Origin: an uncultured Acidobacteriota bacterium
GTDB taxonomy: Bacteria > Acidobacteriota > JAQAZP01
Assembly (NCBI GenBank): GCA_963836075.1
Contig: CAWIIB010000009.1
Coordinates: 544,001-608,000, forward strand
Direction: 5' to 3'
Length of the DNA: 64,000 nt
The notes under the pieces were generated by a model, which did no database searches, was not told the origin of the DNA, and saw only the letters and a list, made by a program, of their open reading frames with translations. How positions within the stretch are numbered: the stretch's first letter is position 1; every line of letters begins with the position of its first letter. Below, piece by piece: positions 32,229 through 41,964 of this stretch. The position numbers were made by a program, and so were the translations under genes.

Positions 32229-32309
32229 AGACTGGCTTCGTCTGCCAGCTTGAGAAGTCTGAGAGAGAGTGAGAAATGAAGATTCGATTGCCTGAGGAGG
32301 TTGAAGAAC

Positions 32310-32486
32310 ATGCGCCGTCGAGGTCCCGTGTCCACTGTGATCTTGTTCCTGGCTTTCGCAGTGATGTTCTCACTGGTTTTCTGGCCTGAGGTTTCCTTGG
32401 CAGCGAAGATTGCGTTCTTCGCAGCCGGCGTTGGCTGCGGCGTGGGCATCGCACGCTGGCGCGGAGCAGTTCGTAAGCAGAGTTAG
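32310..32486 (+). CDS. Small two-TM membrane protein (cassette)
   Basis: RBS GAGGAGG; hydrophobic; fills the cassette. Confidence 0.55.
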   Translation: MRRRGPVSTVILFLAFAVMFSLVFWPEVSLAAKIAFFAAGVGCGVGIARWRGAVRKQS

Positions 32487-32520
32487 CATGGAGCGTGCTC
32501 GCGCGGCGGCTCGGCCAGAT

Positions 32521-32641
32521 GCCTGACAGGCGATTGCAGCCGCCGGGCTTGCCTGTCACGTCGACTACACCGCGGGCTGACGCCCGCGACGCACCCGCCG
32601 CGCCAGTCTGGCGCACGCGGCTGAAATGCGTTTCGTTAGGC
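32521..32641 (+). repeat. attC (singleton; R'' GCCTGAC variant)
   Basis: GCCTGAC...CAGCCG...CGGCTG...GTTAGGC. Confidence 0.7.
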
Positions 32642-32728
32642 GGCGCGAGTTTGTCAGCCCCTTGTGGCCAAACGCCTCCCGATGTTTGACAAGGCGCCGT
32701 GCGTGGCGTGAAGTAGGAGATCGAAGAT

Positions 32729-33070
32729 ATGGACGCCAGCACTAGTGAGCCGGTCGCAGTCGTAGTTAACGAGGCACAACTTCTCCTTGCAGAGAAACGC
32801 ACCTCCCTGGCAGTCATGCGAACAGGTATCGCCGTGCTTGCCTTACCGCTGTCGGTGTTCAGTTTACTGGTCGCGACATCGAAGTATTACGATGTCCTCA
32901 ATGTCCTGCACTTCCTGATACCGCTGGCGAGTCTTTGTATCGCCTTACTCGTCTTTGGAACCTATCTGATAGTTGCTTCTGCCCGAAAGATCCGACAAGC
33001 CGATAGCCTGATTCATCGGATCAAGCTGGAGCATAGCGCAATCGCCCAGTTTCTAGAGCCAATGGAGTAA
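32729..33070 (+). CDS. DUF202/YidH-like membrane protein (cassette)
   Basis: LLAEKRTSLAVMRTGIA motif followed by TM helices. Confidence 0.7.
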   Translation: MDASTSEPVAVVVNEAQLLLAEKRTSLAVMRTGIAVLALPLSVFSLLVATSKYYDVLNVLHFLIPLASLCIALLVFGTYLIVASARKIRQADSLIHRIKLEHSAIAQFLEPME

Positions 33071-33123
33071 GTGGCTATGTGTATTCGGGAAGTTTCAGGC
33101 AAACGGGACAGGTCGTGAACACG

Positions 33124-33220
33124 GTCTAACAGGAGCTTGCACCTGACAAAGCCGCTTGTCACGCCCCTGGCGGCGCCAGGGCCGCGCCAACCGACTTTGC
33201 AGGTGAAGCCATCGTTAGGC
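33124..33220 (+). repeat. attC (singleton)
   Basis: GTCTAAC...CACCTG...CAGGTG...GTTAGGC. Confidence 0.85.
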
Positions 33221-33231
33221 CGGAGAAAAGC

Positions 33232-33708
33232 ATGATTATGACAAAACATATTCTATGCGCCACAGTGTTATTGACAGCCTTTTGCCTATGTCCAGTCGGC
33301 TTATCAAATGAGCCTCCATTGAAGCTTGATCCAATAGATTTGTCTGGTCCGTATGAAGTTGAGTTAGGTGACTGGAAGCCGGCGCTGGAATTGGGAGCTG
33401 ACATTCAATACATCACTCCACCTCGCCAAATATCACTTAGCACAGCGAAGGCACCAGGACTGAAGCCAGAAGATCAAAGTGTTCGTCTAATAAAGCCATT
33501 TCCGGATGGTTCTAAAGTCATCCACAGCTTCTCATGTTGGGAGATTCGTAAGGATGGCAAAATCGATATTTGTTTCAGCACTGGACACAGCGGAATCTAT
33601 ATGATGGTAACCATCTCAGGTGATCGACTTATAGGAACAGCAGAGACATTTTGGAATTTTCCGAGGCAAATCCAAAGGGCCAAGGTGCAACTGAAGCGTG
33701 TTCATTGA
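33232..33708 (+). CDS. Secreted hypothetical protein, family X copy 1
   Basis: Signal peptide; paralogous to 35880 and 36521. Confidence 0.8.
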   Translation: MIMTKHILCATVLLTAFCLCPVGLSNEPPLKLDPIDLSGPYEVELGDWKPALELGADIQYITPPRQISLSTAKAPGLKPEDQSVRLIKPFPDGSKVIHSFSCWEIRKDGKIDICFSTGHSGIYMMVTISGDRLIGTAETFWNFPRQIQRAKVQLKRVH

Positions 33709-33719
33709 AGCAAAGCTCG

Positions 33720-33867
33720 GCCTAACAACCACATGCAACGGCCAAGCCGAATCCGTCACGCTGGTTGCATACCGCGCGGTCAATCAAAAGTCACGTGCGG
33801 GAACTACCAGGCATTGCCAAAGCAACCAGCGCGCCGGCCGGCTTGCCGCTGATGGGTGGCGTTATAC
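33720..33867 (+). repeat. attC family B
   Basis: GCCTAAC...CGGCCAAGCCG...GTCACGCTGGTTGC...GCAACCAGCGCGCC...CTTGCCG...GTTATAC. Confidence 0.9.
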
Positions 33868-33886
33868 GCAAAGAGATATTTAAAGG

Positions 33887-34354
33887 ATGACAGAATCCGA
33901 AAGCATCAAGTATCGACTGATGATTGATGGTGAAGAGGATATTGTATCAAGCTTGGTGCAAACGTCATTCATGAAACACATCGCTTCATACTACAAACAG
34001 GATGGGATTAACGAGGTATTACGACTATCTGAACCATTTTCTATCAAAGCTCGGAATGAAGCTGGCAACGTGTTCATCGTATGTATGATCGGCTCTAAGC
34101 TTGCAGGAATGATGGAGTATAGAGACCCGGCACATATTGGTTTACTGTTTGTAGATCCAGATTATATGGGCCGAGACATCGGAGGAGGATTCATTGCTGA
34201 AGCGAAAGAGCGAGCGAAGGGCACTTTTGATGTAATAACAGTGAATGCCTCTCCCAACTCCGTCGCATTCTATGCAAAATACGGTTTCACTCACATTGGA
34301 GGAGTGAAGGAGGACGGGGGTATAGTATTTTATCCTATGGCCTTAGCTATTTAG
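33887..34354 (+). CDS. GNAT acetyltransferase (cassette)
   Basis: LLFVDPDYMGRDIG, VNASPNSVAFYAKYGF. Confidence 0.88.
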   Translation: MTESESIKYRLMIDGEEDIVSSLVQTSFMKHIASYYKQDGINEVLRLSEPFSIKARNEAGNVFIVCMIGSKLAGMMEYRDPAHIGLLFVDPDYMGRDIGGGFIAEAKERAKGTFDVITVNASPNSVAFYAKYGFTHIGGVKEDGGIVFYPMALAI

Positions 34355-34360
34355 AGAATC

Positions 34361-34476
34361 GTATAACAAACCCATTCACCTGGCAGCCAGGTGTCACGGC
34401 CCTTGCTGAGCAAACGGTCGTTCTCCTGGTGGCAACGGCCGTGCCACCTGCCCGCAGGTGATGGGTGACGTTAGAT
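34361..34476 (+). repeat. attC family A
   Basis: GTATAAC...GTTAGAT. Confidence 0.9.
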
Positions 34477-34489
34477 GCGAGAGGTTCTT

Positions 34490-34987
34490 ATGAAATGTAG
34501 ATATTTTCAATTTGTAGTGCTTACCACTATTATTCTGAGCACTCATGCATTTGCTCATGTCGACACGATACTGCCCTTAAAAGATGGCGTGATAACGGGG
34601 TTACCCGAGCAATACCATCCGGCCTTGTTCGATGCAAATGAGCCCTCCATCCAAATCGGCCAGAACAAACTTGTCTTCCCACCATGCATAGCGAAGTACT
34701 TTCTCACGGACATGCGATTTGAACCGAATATCGACGACTGCAGTATTGAAATTAGCGGATCTTGGTATCACAACTCGTCAATCTTACCGCCATATATTTC
34801 AATCGATATTCATCCAGAGGAGCGACACTATTACTATTCGATACTACTTTCTCTAGAATCCCTGGAAATAATCCATGTTCAAGTGGTTATAAAAGAAAAG
34901 CATGTAACTTCCTATAACGAGATATCCATCAATGATCCCTGTAAGGCCCTATTGTCGAAATCATACTCAAAATTACCATTGCCATAG
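34490..34987 (+). CDS. Secreted hypothetical protein (cassette)
   Basis: Signal peptide ending AFA; fills the cassette. Confidence 0.7.
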   Translation: MKCRYFQFVVLTTIILSTHAFAHVDTILPLKDGVITGLPEQYHPALFDANEPSIQIGQNKLVFPPCIAKYFLTDMRFEPNIDDCSIEISGSWYHNSSILPPYISIDIHPEERHYYYSILLSLESLEIIHVQVVIKEKHVTSYNEISINDPCKALLSKSYSKLPLP

Positions 34988-35029
34988 CAGAGGGTATTGA
35001 ATCACTGTTTAATAGGTTTTAGAAGGCGC

Positions 35030-35145
35030 ATCTAACAAACCCATTCACCTGTCAGCCAGGTGTCACGGCCCTTGCTGAGCAGCCAGTCGTTTCCCTGGTG
35101 GCAACGGCCGTGCCACCTGTCCGCAGGTGATGGGTAACGTTGTGC
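35030..35145 (+). repeat. attC family A
   Basis: ATCTAAC...GTTGTGC. Confidence 0.9.
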
Positions 35146-35156
35146 AAAAATAACTC

Positions 35157-35185
35157 TTGACAATACGTACATGATAACGTACGTT
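35157..35185 (+). promoter_or_regulatory. TA cassette promoter with CGTAC operator repeats
   Basis: TTGACA-17-TACGTT; ACGTAC...CGTACGT. Confidence 0.6.
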
Positions 35186-35206
35186 TGATGGTGTAGGAGG
35201 TGCACC

Positions 35207-35449
35207 ATGGCAACCATTACAGCAACAGAGGCAAGGGCCAAGCTTTACAGCTTGATAGACGAAGCAGAGAACTCCCACGAGCCCATTGTGATCACAGGAA
35301 AACGAGGTAACGCAGTGTTGGTTTCCGAAAACGACTGGAACGCCATAAAGGAAACATTGTTCTTGCTTTCCATTCCTGGCATGCGTGAATCGATTGTTGA
35401 GGGCATGAAAGAGCCGTTGGAGGAATCTTCTAAAAATCTCGATTGGTAG
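35207..35449 (+). CDS. yefM: Phd/YefM antitoxin
   Basis: ATEARAKLYSLIDE...PIVITGKRGNAVLVS...ETLFLLS. Confidence 0.92.
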   Translation: MATITATEARAKLYSLIDEAENSHEPIVITGKRGNAVLVSENDWNAIKETLFLLSIPGMRESIVEGMKEPLEESSKNLDW

Positions 35450-35454
35450 GACGG

Positions 35455-35715
35455 ATGTGGGACCTCTACTTCACGAAACGGGCACAGAAGGACGCAAAGA
35501 AAATAGCTGCGGCAGGTCTGAAGAATAAGACAAAGCAACTTCTAGAAATCATCCGTGAAAACCCATTCCAAAATCCCCCTCCATACGAAAAATTGGTTGG
35601 CGATTTAGCCGGCGCATATTCCCGACGTATCAACATTCAACATCGTTTAGTGTACCAAGTATATGAAAAGGAGAAGATCGTACGGGTACTCCGAATGTGG
35701 ACCCACTATGAATGA
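35455..35715 (+). CDS. yoeB: Txe/YoeB toxin
   Basis: PPYEKLVGDLAGAYSRRINIQHRLVY...MWTHYE. Confidence 0.93.
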   Translation: MWDLYFTKRAQKDAKKIAAAGLKNKTKQLLEIIRENPFQNPPPYEKLVGDLAGAYSRRINIQHRLVYQVYEKEKIVRVLRMWTHYE

Positions 35716-35722
35716 ACAGAAT

Positions 35723-35868
35723 GCACAACCACCACATTCAGCGGCCAAGCCAATTCCGTCACGCTGGTTGCATACCGAGCGGTCAATCAGATGGCCCGTT
35801 ATAACGCTGTCAAGCATTGCCAAAGCAACCAGCGCGCCGGGGCTTGCCGCTGATGTGAGGCGTTAGGC
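35723..35868 (+). repeat. attC family B
   Basis: GCACAAC...GTTAGGC. Confidence 0.9.
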
Positions 35869-35879
35869 CGAGGAAAAGC

Positions 35880-36356
35880 ATGATTACAACAAAGCATATT
35901 CTATGCGCCACAGTTTTATTGACAGCCTTTTGCCTATGCCCAGTCTGCTTATCAAATGAGCCTCCATTGAAGCTTGATCCAATAGTTCTGTCTGGTCCGT
36001 ATGAAGTTGAGTTGGGTGAATGGGAGCCGGCGCTGGAATTGGGAACTGATATTCAAACCATCACTCCACCTGTCCAAATATCACTTAGCACAGAGAAGGC
36101 ACCAGGACCGAAGCCAGAAATTCAAAGTGTTCGTCTAATAAAGCCCTTTCCGGATGGTTCTAAAGTCATCCACAGCTACTCATTTTGGGAGATTCGTAAG
36201 GATGGAAAAATCGATATTTGTTTCAGCACTGGCCACGGTGGAGTGTATATGACGGTATCAATCTCAAGTGATCGACTTATAGGAACAGCTGAGACATTTT
36301 GGGATTTTCCTAGGCAAACCCAAAGGGCCAAGGTGCAACTGAAGCGGGTTCATTGA
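35880..36356 (+). CDS. Secreted hypothetical protein, family X copy 2
   Basis: 138/158 aa identical to copy 1 by manual count. Confidence 0.8.
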   Translation: MITTKHILCATVLLTAFCLCPVCLSNEPPLKLDPIVLSGPYEVELGEWEPALELGTDIQTITPPVQISLSTEKAPGPKPEIQSVRLIKPFPDGSKVIHSYSFWEIRKDGKIDICFSTGHGGVYMTVSISSDRLIGTAETFWDFPRQTQRAKVQLKRVH

Positions 36357-36367
36357 AGCAAAGCTCG

Positions 36368-36515
36368 GCCTAACAACCACATGCAACGGCCAAGCCGAAT
36401 CCGTCGCGCTGGTTGCAGACCGCGCGCTAAACCAGATGTCCCGTTTCGGCGCTTTCAAGCAATGCTGGAGCAACCAGCGCGCCGGCCGGCTTGCCGCTGA
36501 TGTGGGGCGTTAGGC
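36368..36515 (+). repeat. attC family B
   Basis: GCCTAAC...GTTAGGC. Confidence 0.9.
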
Positions 36516-36520
36516 CGAAG

Positions 36521-37003
36521 ATGAGACAGATCATGAAGAGATTTATTACATACACCACAATACTTCTACCTGTTTTAATCCTATGCTCAGCCGGCATATC
36601 AGATGAGCATCCTCTGAAGCCCAATCCAAAGGATATATCTGGTCCATATCAAATAGTGTTAGGTGAATGGATACCAGCTCTAGATATAGGAGCTGACGTG
36701 AAGTTCATTACCCCACCTCATCAAATAATGCTTAGCACTGAGATTTTACCGGGTCCCAAGAATGCACTTGGCAATGCTCGTTATTTAAAGCCCTATCCAG
36801 AGGGTTCGCATTCAATACACAGCTACTCATTCTGGGAGATCCTCGATGATGGCAGCATCTTTATTTCTTTTAGCACCGGCTACAGCGGACTATTTATGAC
36901 GTTAACCGTCTCGGGTGATAAGCTTCTAGGAACAGCGGAAACGTTTTGGGATTTTCCGAGGCAAACCCAGACAGCAGAGGTCCAACTGAAGCGTATTCAA
37001 TAG
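36521..37003 (+). CDS. Secreted hypothetical protein, family X copy 3 (diverged)
   Basis: Shares SGPY, ITPP, IHSYSFWEI, FSTG, GTAETFWDFPRQTQ. Confidence 0.8.
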   Translation: MRQIMKRFITYTTILLPVLILCSAGISDEHPLKPNPKDISGPYQIVLGEWIPALDIGADVKFITPPHQIMLSTEILPGPKNALGNARYLKPYPEGSHSIHSYSFWEILDDGSIFISFSTGYSGLFMTLTVSGDKLLGTAETFWDFPRQTQTAEVQLKRIQ

Positions 37004-37015
37004 AAATGAGGTTTG

Positions 37016-37131
37016 GCCTAACAAACCCATGCACCTGTCAGCCAGGTGTCACGGCCCTTGCTGAACATACGGTCGCTCATCTGGTGGCAACGGCCGTGCC
37101 ACCTGCCCGCAGGTGATGGGTGACGTTATGT
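37016..37131 (+). repeat. attC family A
   Basis: GCCTAAC...GTTATGT. Confidence 0.9.
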
Positions 37132-37150
37132 GTATATAAAGGAATGTTAA

Positions 37151-37711
37151 ATGCGTAGCGGTCTTATTAGTGTTTGCTTGTTGGCTACATTTTTTCTCTC
37201 TTCAATGCAGACACACTCACAAGAGAATGTTCAACCAACGCCATGGGAAAAGAGAATAGCTGCATATCAATCAGAATATCCTGATTTGCCACCCCTAAAG
37301 CTATCCAAGAAGCTAAAGGAGCACTTCCTTTTTTTGATGGATTCTGAACTAGGCATCGTATTTGGGTATTTTTGTTACGAGGCAGGCCAACCGCCAAAGG
37401 CACGAATATCTTGCTTCCGCTTGCTTGAGAGACGGAGGATTCTAGCTTTTCGCTACTTACTCCGCTTTGGGAATCCTGGGAGCAAGCTATATGCCGTTGA
37501 AAGCCTATACCTGCTAAAAGCGTGGGGATATGACATACCTGAGGAAGATACTCTACTCATTGAACAAGTTCTTAAATCTGAAGACCGTGCTGATGTTTGC
37601 AATGGTTGTATGGTGTCCACGGAGCCTTTGCATCGTGCCCTGACTCAAAAGGATCTCGAGCGAGTCGAAGAGAATTGGCAGGCATACAAAAAGATGGGTT
37701 GGGTAAGATAG
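37151..37711 (+). CDS. Secreted hypothetical protein (cassette)
   Basis: RBS AAGGA, signal peptide. Confidence 0.7.
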   Translation: MRSGLISVCLLATFFLSSMQTHSQENVQPTPWEKRIAAYQSEYPDLPPLKLSKKLKEHFLFLMDSELGIVFGYFCYEAGQPPKARISCFRLLERRRILAFRYLLRFGNPGSKLYAVESLYLLKAWGYDIPEEDTLLIEQVLKSEDRADVCNGCMVSTEPLHRALTQKDLERVEENWQAYKKMGWVR

Positions 37712-37719
37712 CAGAGAAC

Positions 37720-37834
37720 ACATAACAATCCCATACACCTGTCAGCCAGGTGTCACGGCCCTTGCTGATCTGACGGTCGTTTTGCTGGCGGCAACGGCCG
37801 TGCCACCTGCCGCAGGTGATGGGTGGCGTTATAC
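37720..37834 (+). repeat. attC family A
   Basis: ACATAAC...GTTATAC. Confidence 0.9.
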
Positions 37835-37849
37835 GGCAAAGGCTAGATT

Positions 37850-38395
37850 ATGGATATCGTTTGGCGAGTAGTGATAGTGATTGTTGTCACAGTCATAGTG
37901 AATGTATCGATCTTCCTATCTCCAAGACGACGCCATGAATTATCCAATGAGACATCCATAGAGCTCCGATATCCTCTAGGCTTTTTGATTATTAGCATCA
38001 TAGGTATTGCCTTAGCCAGCATGATGGTTCTTGTAGCAATAAATAAAGACAGCCTTCGCGAAGCACTACCGCCGACTATCGTATCCATTCCCTTTCTCTT
38101 GTTGGGTCTGTACATTCTTCTAGAGTTGAGAAAGAAGATAGTCCTTCGTCCAGATGGTTTCTACTCTCATACACCGTGGAAGCATGACTCATTCGTACCT
38201 TGGTCCAGCATACGGGTCGTACGCTATTCAGCGGTGAATGACTGGTTTATCCTAGATATCGGAAACAGCATGCACCGAATCAGCACCCACTTTGTATATT
38301 TCCCAGCTTTTCTTGATGGGTTAATGAAGAATGTGGAGCCATCTATTTGGAAGGCAGCAATCGAAAAGTATGCCAGGCCGAAAGTAGCCGTATAA
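37850..38395 (+). CDS. Membrane protein with probable bacterial PH-like C-terminus (cassette)
   Basis: Three TMs then FVPWSSIRVV; stop lies inside R''. Confidence 0.7.
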   Translation: MDIVWRVVIVIVVTVIVNVSIFLSPRRRHELSNETSIELRYPLGFLIISIIGIALASMMVLVAINKDSLREALPPTIVSIPFLLLGLYILLELRKKIVLRPDGFYSHTPWKHDSFVPWSSIRVVRYSAVNDWFILDIGNSMHRISTHFVYFPAFLDGLMKNVEPSIWKAAIEKYARPKVAV

Positions 38396-38504
38396 CAAGC
38401 CCATTCACCTGATGCCAGGTGTCACGGCCCTTGCTGGGCATCCGGTCGATCTCCTTGGTGGCAACGGCCGTGCCACCCGCCACAGGTGATGGGTGACGTT
38501 CGAC
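38390..38504 (+). repeat. attC family A
   Basis: GTATAAC...GTTCGAC. Confidence 0.9.
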
Positions 38505-38512
38505 GTAAAAGA

Positions 38513-39067
38513 ATGAAATTAAAATCGACAAAATCAGATGATCCAGCATTCGTCAGGCTCGTTGCCTCGATTCTTGATTCTGCTGTAGCCGAGAGCACTC
38601 CCGACATTGTGACGGTCATTCAGATCAAGAATTGGTTTGACCATAAGTGGCTCAAATTCTCGGGCAAGGTGTTGGGGGCATTCGGAATATGGAAGTCGGA
38701 ACTGACAGTACCTCCATTCCATCCGAACCGAGTCGTCAGCCAAACGGTAAGCCGCTTGACTGATGGTCTATACGAAGAATTCGAGGCTCCTCCCCTCCAC
38801 GTTTTGCAGCCCAGTTCTGCAAATCACAGCCGGAAGATGAGATACCAAACGGAATCAGGTGTCTTTGCGTGGTGGACAAGCAACACGGTTGAAAATGATC
38901 AAGGGAGCCTGATGGTTTACACCCAGATTGATGGTGAGTCCGTTACCTGGTTTCTTGGGTTTCAGAAAACAGATGACTGGAAGATTATCAAAAGGATAGG
39001 CATTCCAGACGTCATCATTGAAAAGCATATGAAGGGCGTCGAACAACCCCATTCACCTGTCGGCTAG
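38513..39067 (+). CDS. Hypothetical protein (cassette; reads into attC)
   Basis: ORF fills the cassette; IKNWFDHKWLKFSGK. Confidence 0.7.
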   Translation: MKLKSTKSDDPAFVRLVASILDSAVAESTPDIVTVIQIKNWFDHKWLKFSGKVLGAFGIWKSELTVPPFHPNRVVSQTVSRLTDGLYEEFEAPPLHVLQPSSANHSRKMRYQTESGVFAWWTSNTVENDQGSLMVYTQIDGESVTWFLGFQKTDDWKIIKRIGIPDVIIEKHMKGVEQPHSPVG

Positions 39068-39153
39068 GTGTCACGGCCCTTGCTGATCTACCGGGCGTGC
39101 ACCTGGCGGCAACGGCCGTGCCACCTGCCTGCAGGTGATGGGTGACGTTCGAC
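39038..39153 (+). repeat. attC family A
   Basis: GTCGAAC...GTTCGAC. Confidence 0.9.
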
Positions 39154-39159
39154 GCAAAG

Positions 39160-39489
39160 ATGATAAAAATGAGTAACAGTGAAGAGATTCGCAAAGAACG
39201 TGAAAGGCTGAAGCAGAAATATAGTGGTGCTTTCAGTCGATTGAGCCAGGTTCTCTTCACTGAAGATCCCATAGGAATAAATTTCGGTGACAATACCGAC
39301 GAATACGAACCTGAGGTTGGTACTATCCTCTCAAGGCTAAGTCATTGTCGTTCAACGGATGAAATCCAAAAGGTTGTGCACGAGGAGTTTGTTAAGTGGT
39401 TCGACTCCGAAATAGCGGGCCCATTTGAGAGATACGAGACTGTAGCTAAACGTATTTATGATGAGGTGTTGCCAACCCTATCAGGATGA
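39160..39489 (+). CDS. YugE/DUF1871-like protein (cassette)
   Basis: DPIGI...DEYEPEV...F.KWF motif. Confidence 0.7.
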   Translation: MIKMSNSEEIRKERERLKQKYSGAFSRLSQVLFTEDPIGINFGDNTDEYEPEVGTILSRLSHCRSTDEIQKVVHEEFVKWFDSEIAGPFERYETVAKRIYDEVLPTLSG

Positions 39490-39496
39490 TTGGGAC

Positions 39497-39614
39497 GTCG
39501 AACAACCCCATTCACCTGTTGCCCTGGTGTCACGGCCCTTGCCGAGCATCAGGTCGCCATCGCTGGCGGGCAACGGCCGTGCCACCTGTCTGCAGGTGAT
39601 GGGTGACGTTCGGC
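39497..39614 (+). repeat. attC family A
   Basis: GTCGAAC...GTTCGGC. Confidence 0.9.
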
Positions 39615-39634
39615 CTGCATAGCTGAAAAATATA

Positions 39635-39669
39635 TTGACAAATCGAATGGTATCACATATAATACCATC
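39635..39669 (+). promoter_or_regulatory. Consensus promoter giving a probably leaderless toxin mRNA, with operator palindrome
   Basis: TTGACA-17-TATAAT-6 nt-ATG; ATGGTAT...ATACCAT. Confidence 0.75.
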
Positions 39670-40096
39670 ATGAAGCCAAGCATAGTCATTGATACTAGTG
39701 TCCTCATTGCCGCTTTGCGGTCTAAGCATGGAGCCTCGTTCAGGCTTCTTAAGTTAATTGGTAAGAACAAGTTTGAACTAAACGTTTCAGTCCCGCTCAT
39801 TCTTGAACTTGAAGCAGTGGCCAAACGGCCCGGGAAAGTGCCAGGCCTTACTAGTGAAGATATTGACGACGTTATAGACTACATCTGTCGAGTCTCCCAT
39901 CACCGAATGATCCATTTTCTGTGGCGACCAACGCTCAGAGACCCTGGTGATGACCTCGGTACTTGAACTTGCCGTCGAAGCCGAATGTGACTATATCGTC
40001 ACCCACAATGTACGCGACTTCGACAAGGCTGAACAGTTTGGGATCTCTACTGTGACGCCTCGGCAGTTCTTAGGGATCATTGGAGAGCTACCATGA
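39670..40096 (+). CDS. PIN-domain toxin, one-base frameshift near 39958
   Basis: VIDTSVLIAAL, LRDPGDD; shifted frame continues VLELAVEAECDYIVTHNVRDF. Confidence 0.85.
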
Positions 40097-40329
40097 GTAC
40101 CATTAGCCTCAGAATCCCGGAATCTCTGCATGAGCGCGTGAGAGAACTTGCCAAGCAAGAAAACATCTCAATAAATCAATTCATCTCTACGGCTCTCGCT
40201 GAGAAAATTTCAGCATTACTGACCGCCGAGTACCTTGAAGAACGGGCGCTCCGTGGAAGACGCGCCAAGTTTAATCGTGCTCTCTCCAAAGTCAGTGACG
40301 CTGCTCCGGACAAATCTGACGAAATCTAA
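40093..40329 (+). CDS. Ribbon-helix-helix (HicB-like) antitoxin
   Basis: STISLRIPESLH...ISINQFISTALAEK; ATGA overlap. Confidence 0.85.
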   Translation: MSTISLRIPESLHERVRELAKQENISINQFISTALAEKISALLTAEYLEERALRGRRAKFNRALSKVSDAAPDKSDEI

Positions 40330-40355
40330 TTGAATACTTGAATGGCCATAAAGAG

Positions 40356-40470
40356 GCCGAACCAGCCCATGCACCTGTCAGCCAGATGTCACGGCCCTTG
40401 CTGAGCAACCGATCGTACCTCTGGCGGCAACGGCCGTGCCACCTGTTGCAGGTGATGGGTGACGTTATAA
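40356..40470 (+). repeat. attC family A
   Basis: GCCGAAC...GTTATAA. Confidence 0.9.
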
Positions 40471-40512
40471 AGCGATACATGAACCGGCATCTCGATGCGA
40501 GAGGTAGAGCTC

Positions 40513-41193
40513 ATGGCTGTTGAGATCATACCGATTCCACTTGGATTCGACACATGCTACGTCTTGAGAGCAGATGGTATGGTTGCGGTAGATGCCGGCG
40601 CCCCGAACAAGGTCAATCACTTTCTGTCCGGTTTGCAGCGTGCTGCAATTCAGCCCGAAGACATACAATTGATTGTGATTACACACGGTCATTGGGATCA
40701 CATTGGCTCTGCAAGCGACATGAAGTCGGCCACAGGTGCGAAGATCGCAATGCATGAAAACGAGATCGTTTGGTTGGAGCAGTCTCGAACGCCACTTTCT
40801 CCTGGTGTGACATGGTGGGGACGAATCTTTCGCGGCGTGCACCTAGTTTTCATGCCGTTGATAAAAGTCCCACCAGCAAAGGTAGACCTGCCGCTGAATA
40901 ACGACGGCCTTTCGCTGTCTGACTTTGGAATACCCGGTTGCATTTTGAGCACGCCGGGTCACTCATCGGGATCTGTTAGCGTGCTCCTCGATGGTGGTGA
41001 AGCGCTGGTTGGTGATCTTGCGATGAACAAGTTCCCACTGCGTTTGTCTCCTGGTCTTCCTATCTTTGCGGACGACCCAGGTGCGGTCATTGCCAGTTGG
41101 GAGTTGCTACTTGATGCGGGCGCAACGGAAGTCTATCCAGCCCATGGAAGGCCGTTTTCGGCGGATGTGATCCGACGCGCCATCGCTGTATAA
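40513..41193 (+). CDS. MBL-fold metallo-hydrolase (cassette)
   Basis: THGHWDHIG, TPGHSSG, VGD, YPAHG. Confidence 0.9.
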   Translation: MAVEIIPIPLGFDTCYVLRADGMVAVDAGAPNKVNHFLSGLQRAAIQPEDIQLIVITHGHWDHIGSASDMKSATGAKIAMHENEIVWLEQSRTPLSPGVTWWGRIFRGVHLVFMPLIKVPPAKVDLPLNNDGLSLSDFGIPGCILSTPGHSSGSVSVLLDGGEALVGDLAMNKFPLRLSPGLPIFADDPGAVIASWELLLDAGATEVYPAHGRPFSADVIRRAIAV

Positions 41194-41303
41194 CCAGCCC
41201 ATTCACCTGGCGCCAGGTGTCACGGCCCTTGCTGGGCAAACGGTCGCTCCTCAGGTGGCAACGGGCCGCGCCACCTGTCTGCAGGTGATGGGTGACGTTA
41301 AAC
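41188..41303 (+). repeat. attC family A
   Basis: GTATAAC...GTTAAAC. Confidence 0.88.
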
Positions 41304-41325
41304 GCACTTATAAGATAAAAAGAGC

Positions 41326-41360
41326 TTGACGCGTAACGTTATACGTCATATCTTACTACC
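41326..41360 (+). promoter_or_regulatory. higBA promoter, probably leaderless, with operator
   Basis: TTGACG-17-TATCTT-6 nt-ATG; TGACG...CGTCA palindrome. Confidence 0.7.
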
Positions 41361-41649
41361 ATGATACGGTCATTCAAAAACAAAGAGACGGAGAAACTCT
41401 TCGGCCGTGTCCGGTCAGCAAAGCTTCCGGGGGATATCCAACGAGTTGCCCTACGAAAGCTCCGCATGCTTCACCGGGCAAAAACCCTTGCGGACCTTAG
41501 AGTTCCGCCAGCAAACCGACTTGAGCGCCTTTCGGGTAATCGAGCCGGTCAGGTACAGTATTCGTATCAATGATCAGTGGCGTATCTGTTTCCGCTGGGA
41601 TTCTGGTGACGCCTTCGAAGTTGAGATCGTTGACTATCATCGAGGCTAG
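41361..41649 (+). CDS. higB: HigB toxin, one-base frameshift near 41552
   Basis: MIRSFKNKETEKLF...PPANRLERL; shifted frame YSIRINDQWRICFRW...VEIVDYH. Confidence 0.88.
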
Positions 41650-41651
41650 CC

Positions 41652-41957
41652 ATGGCTAAAAACAAGCTTGATCCGGTCCACCCTGGTGAGATCCTATTTG
41701 AGGAATTCCTCAAACCTATGGGGCTCAGTCAAAACCAGCTCGCTAATGATATTGGTGTCCCCCCTCGTCGAATCAACGAGATTGTTCATGGTAAGCGTCG
41801 CGTTACGGCGGATACGGCTTTGCGGTTGGCAAAATATTTCAAGATGTCCCCAGAGTTTTGGCTCGGTCTTCAGATGGACTACGAGTTAGACCTCGAAATG
41901 GACCGTCTTGGTGACCGTTTAAGCAAGGAAGTTGGCGAATATTCACGAGCATCTTAG
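41652..41957 (+). CDS. higA: HigA antitoxin
   Basis: HPGEILFEEFLKPMG...RINEIVHGKRRVTADTALRL...FWLGLQ. Confidence 0.93.
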   Translation: MAKNKLDPVHPGEILFEEFLKPMGLSQNQLANDIGVPPRRINEIVHGKRRVTADTALRLAKYFKMSPEFWLGLQMDYELDLEMDRLGDRLSKEVGEYSRAS

Positions 41958-41964
41958 AAGAGGC

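Noticed and set aside
40513-41193. Metallo-beta-lactamase resistance cassette
   Set aside because: No signal peptide, and the HxHxDH motif is generic to MBL-fold hydrolases; no evidence for class B beta-lactamase activity.
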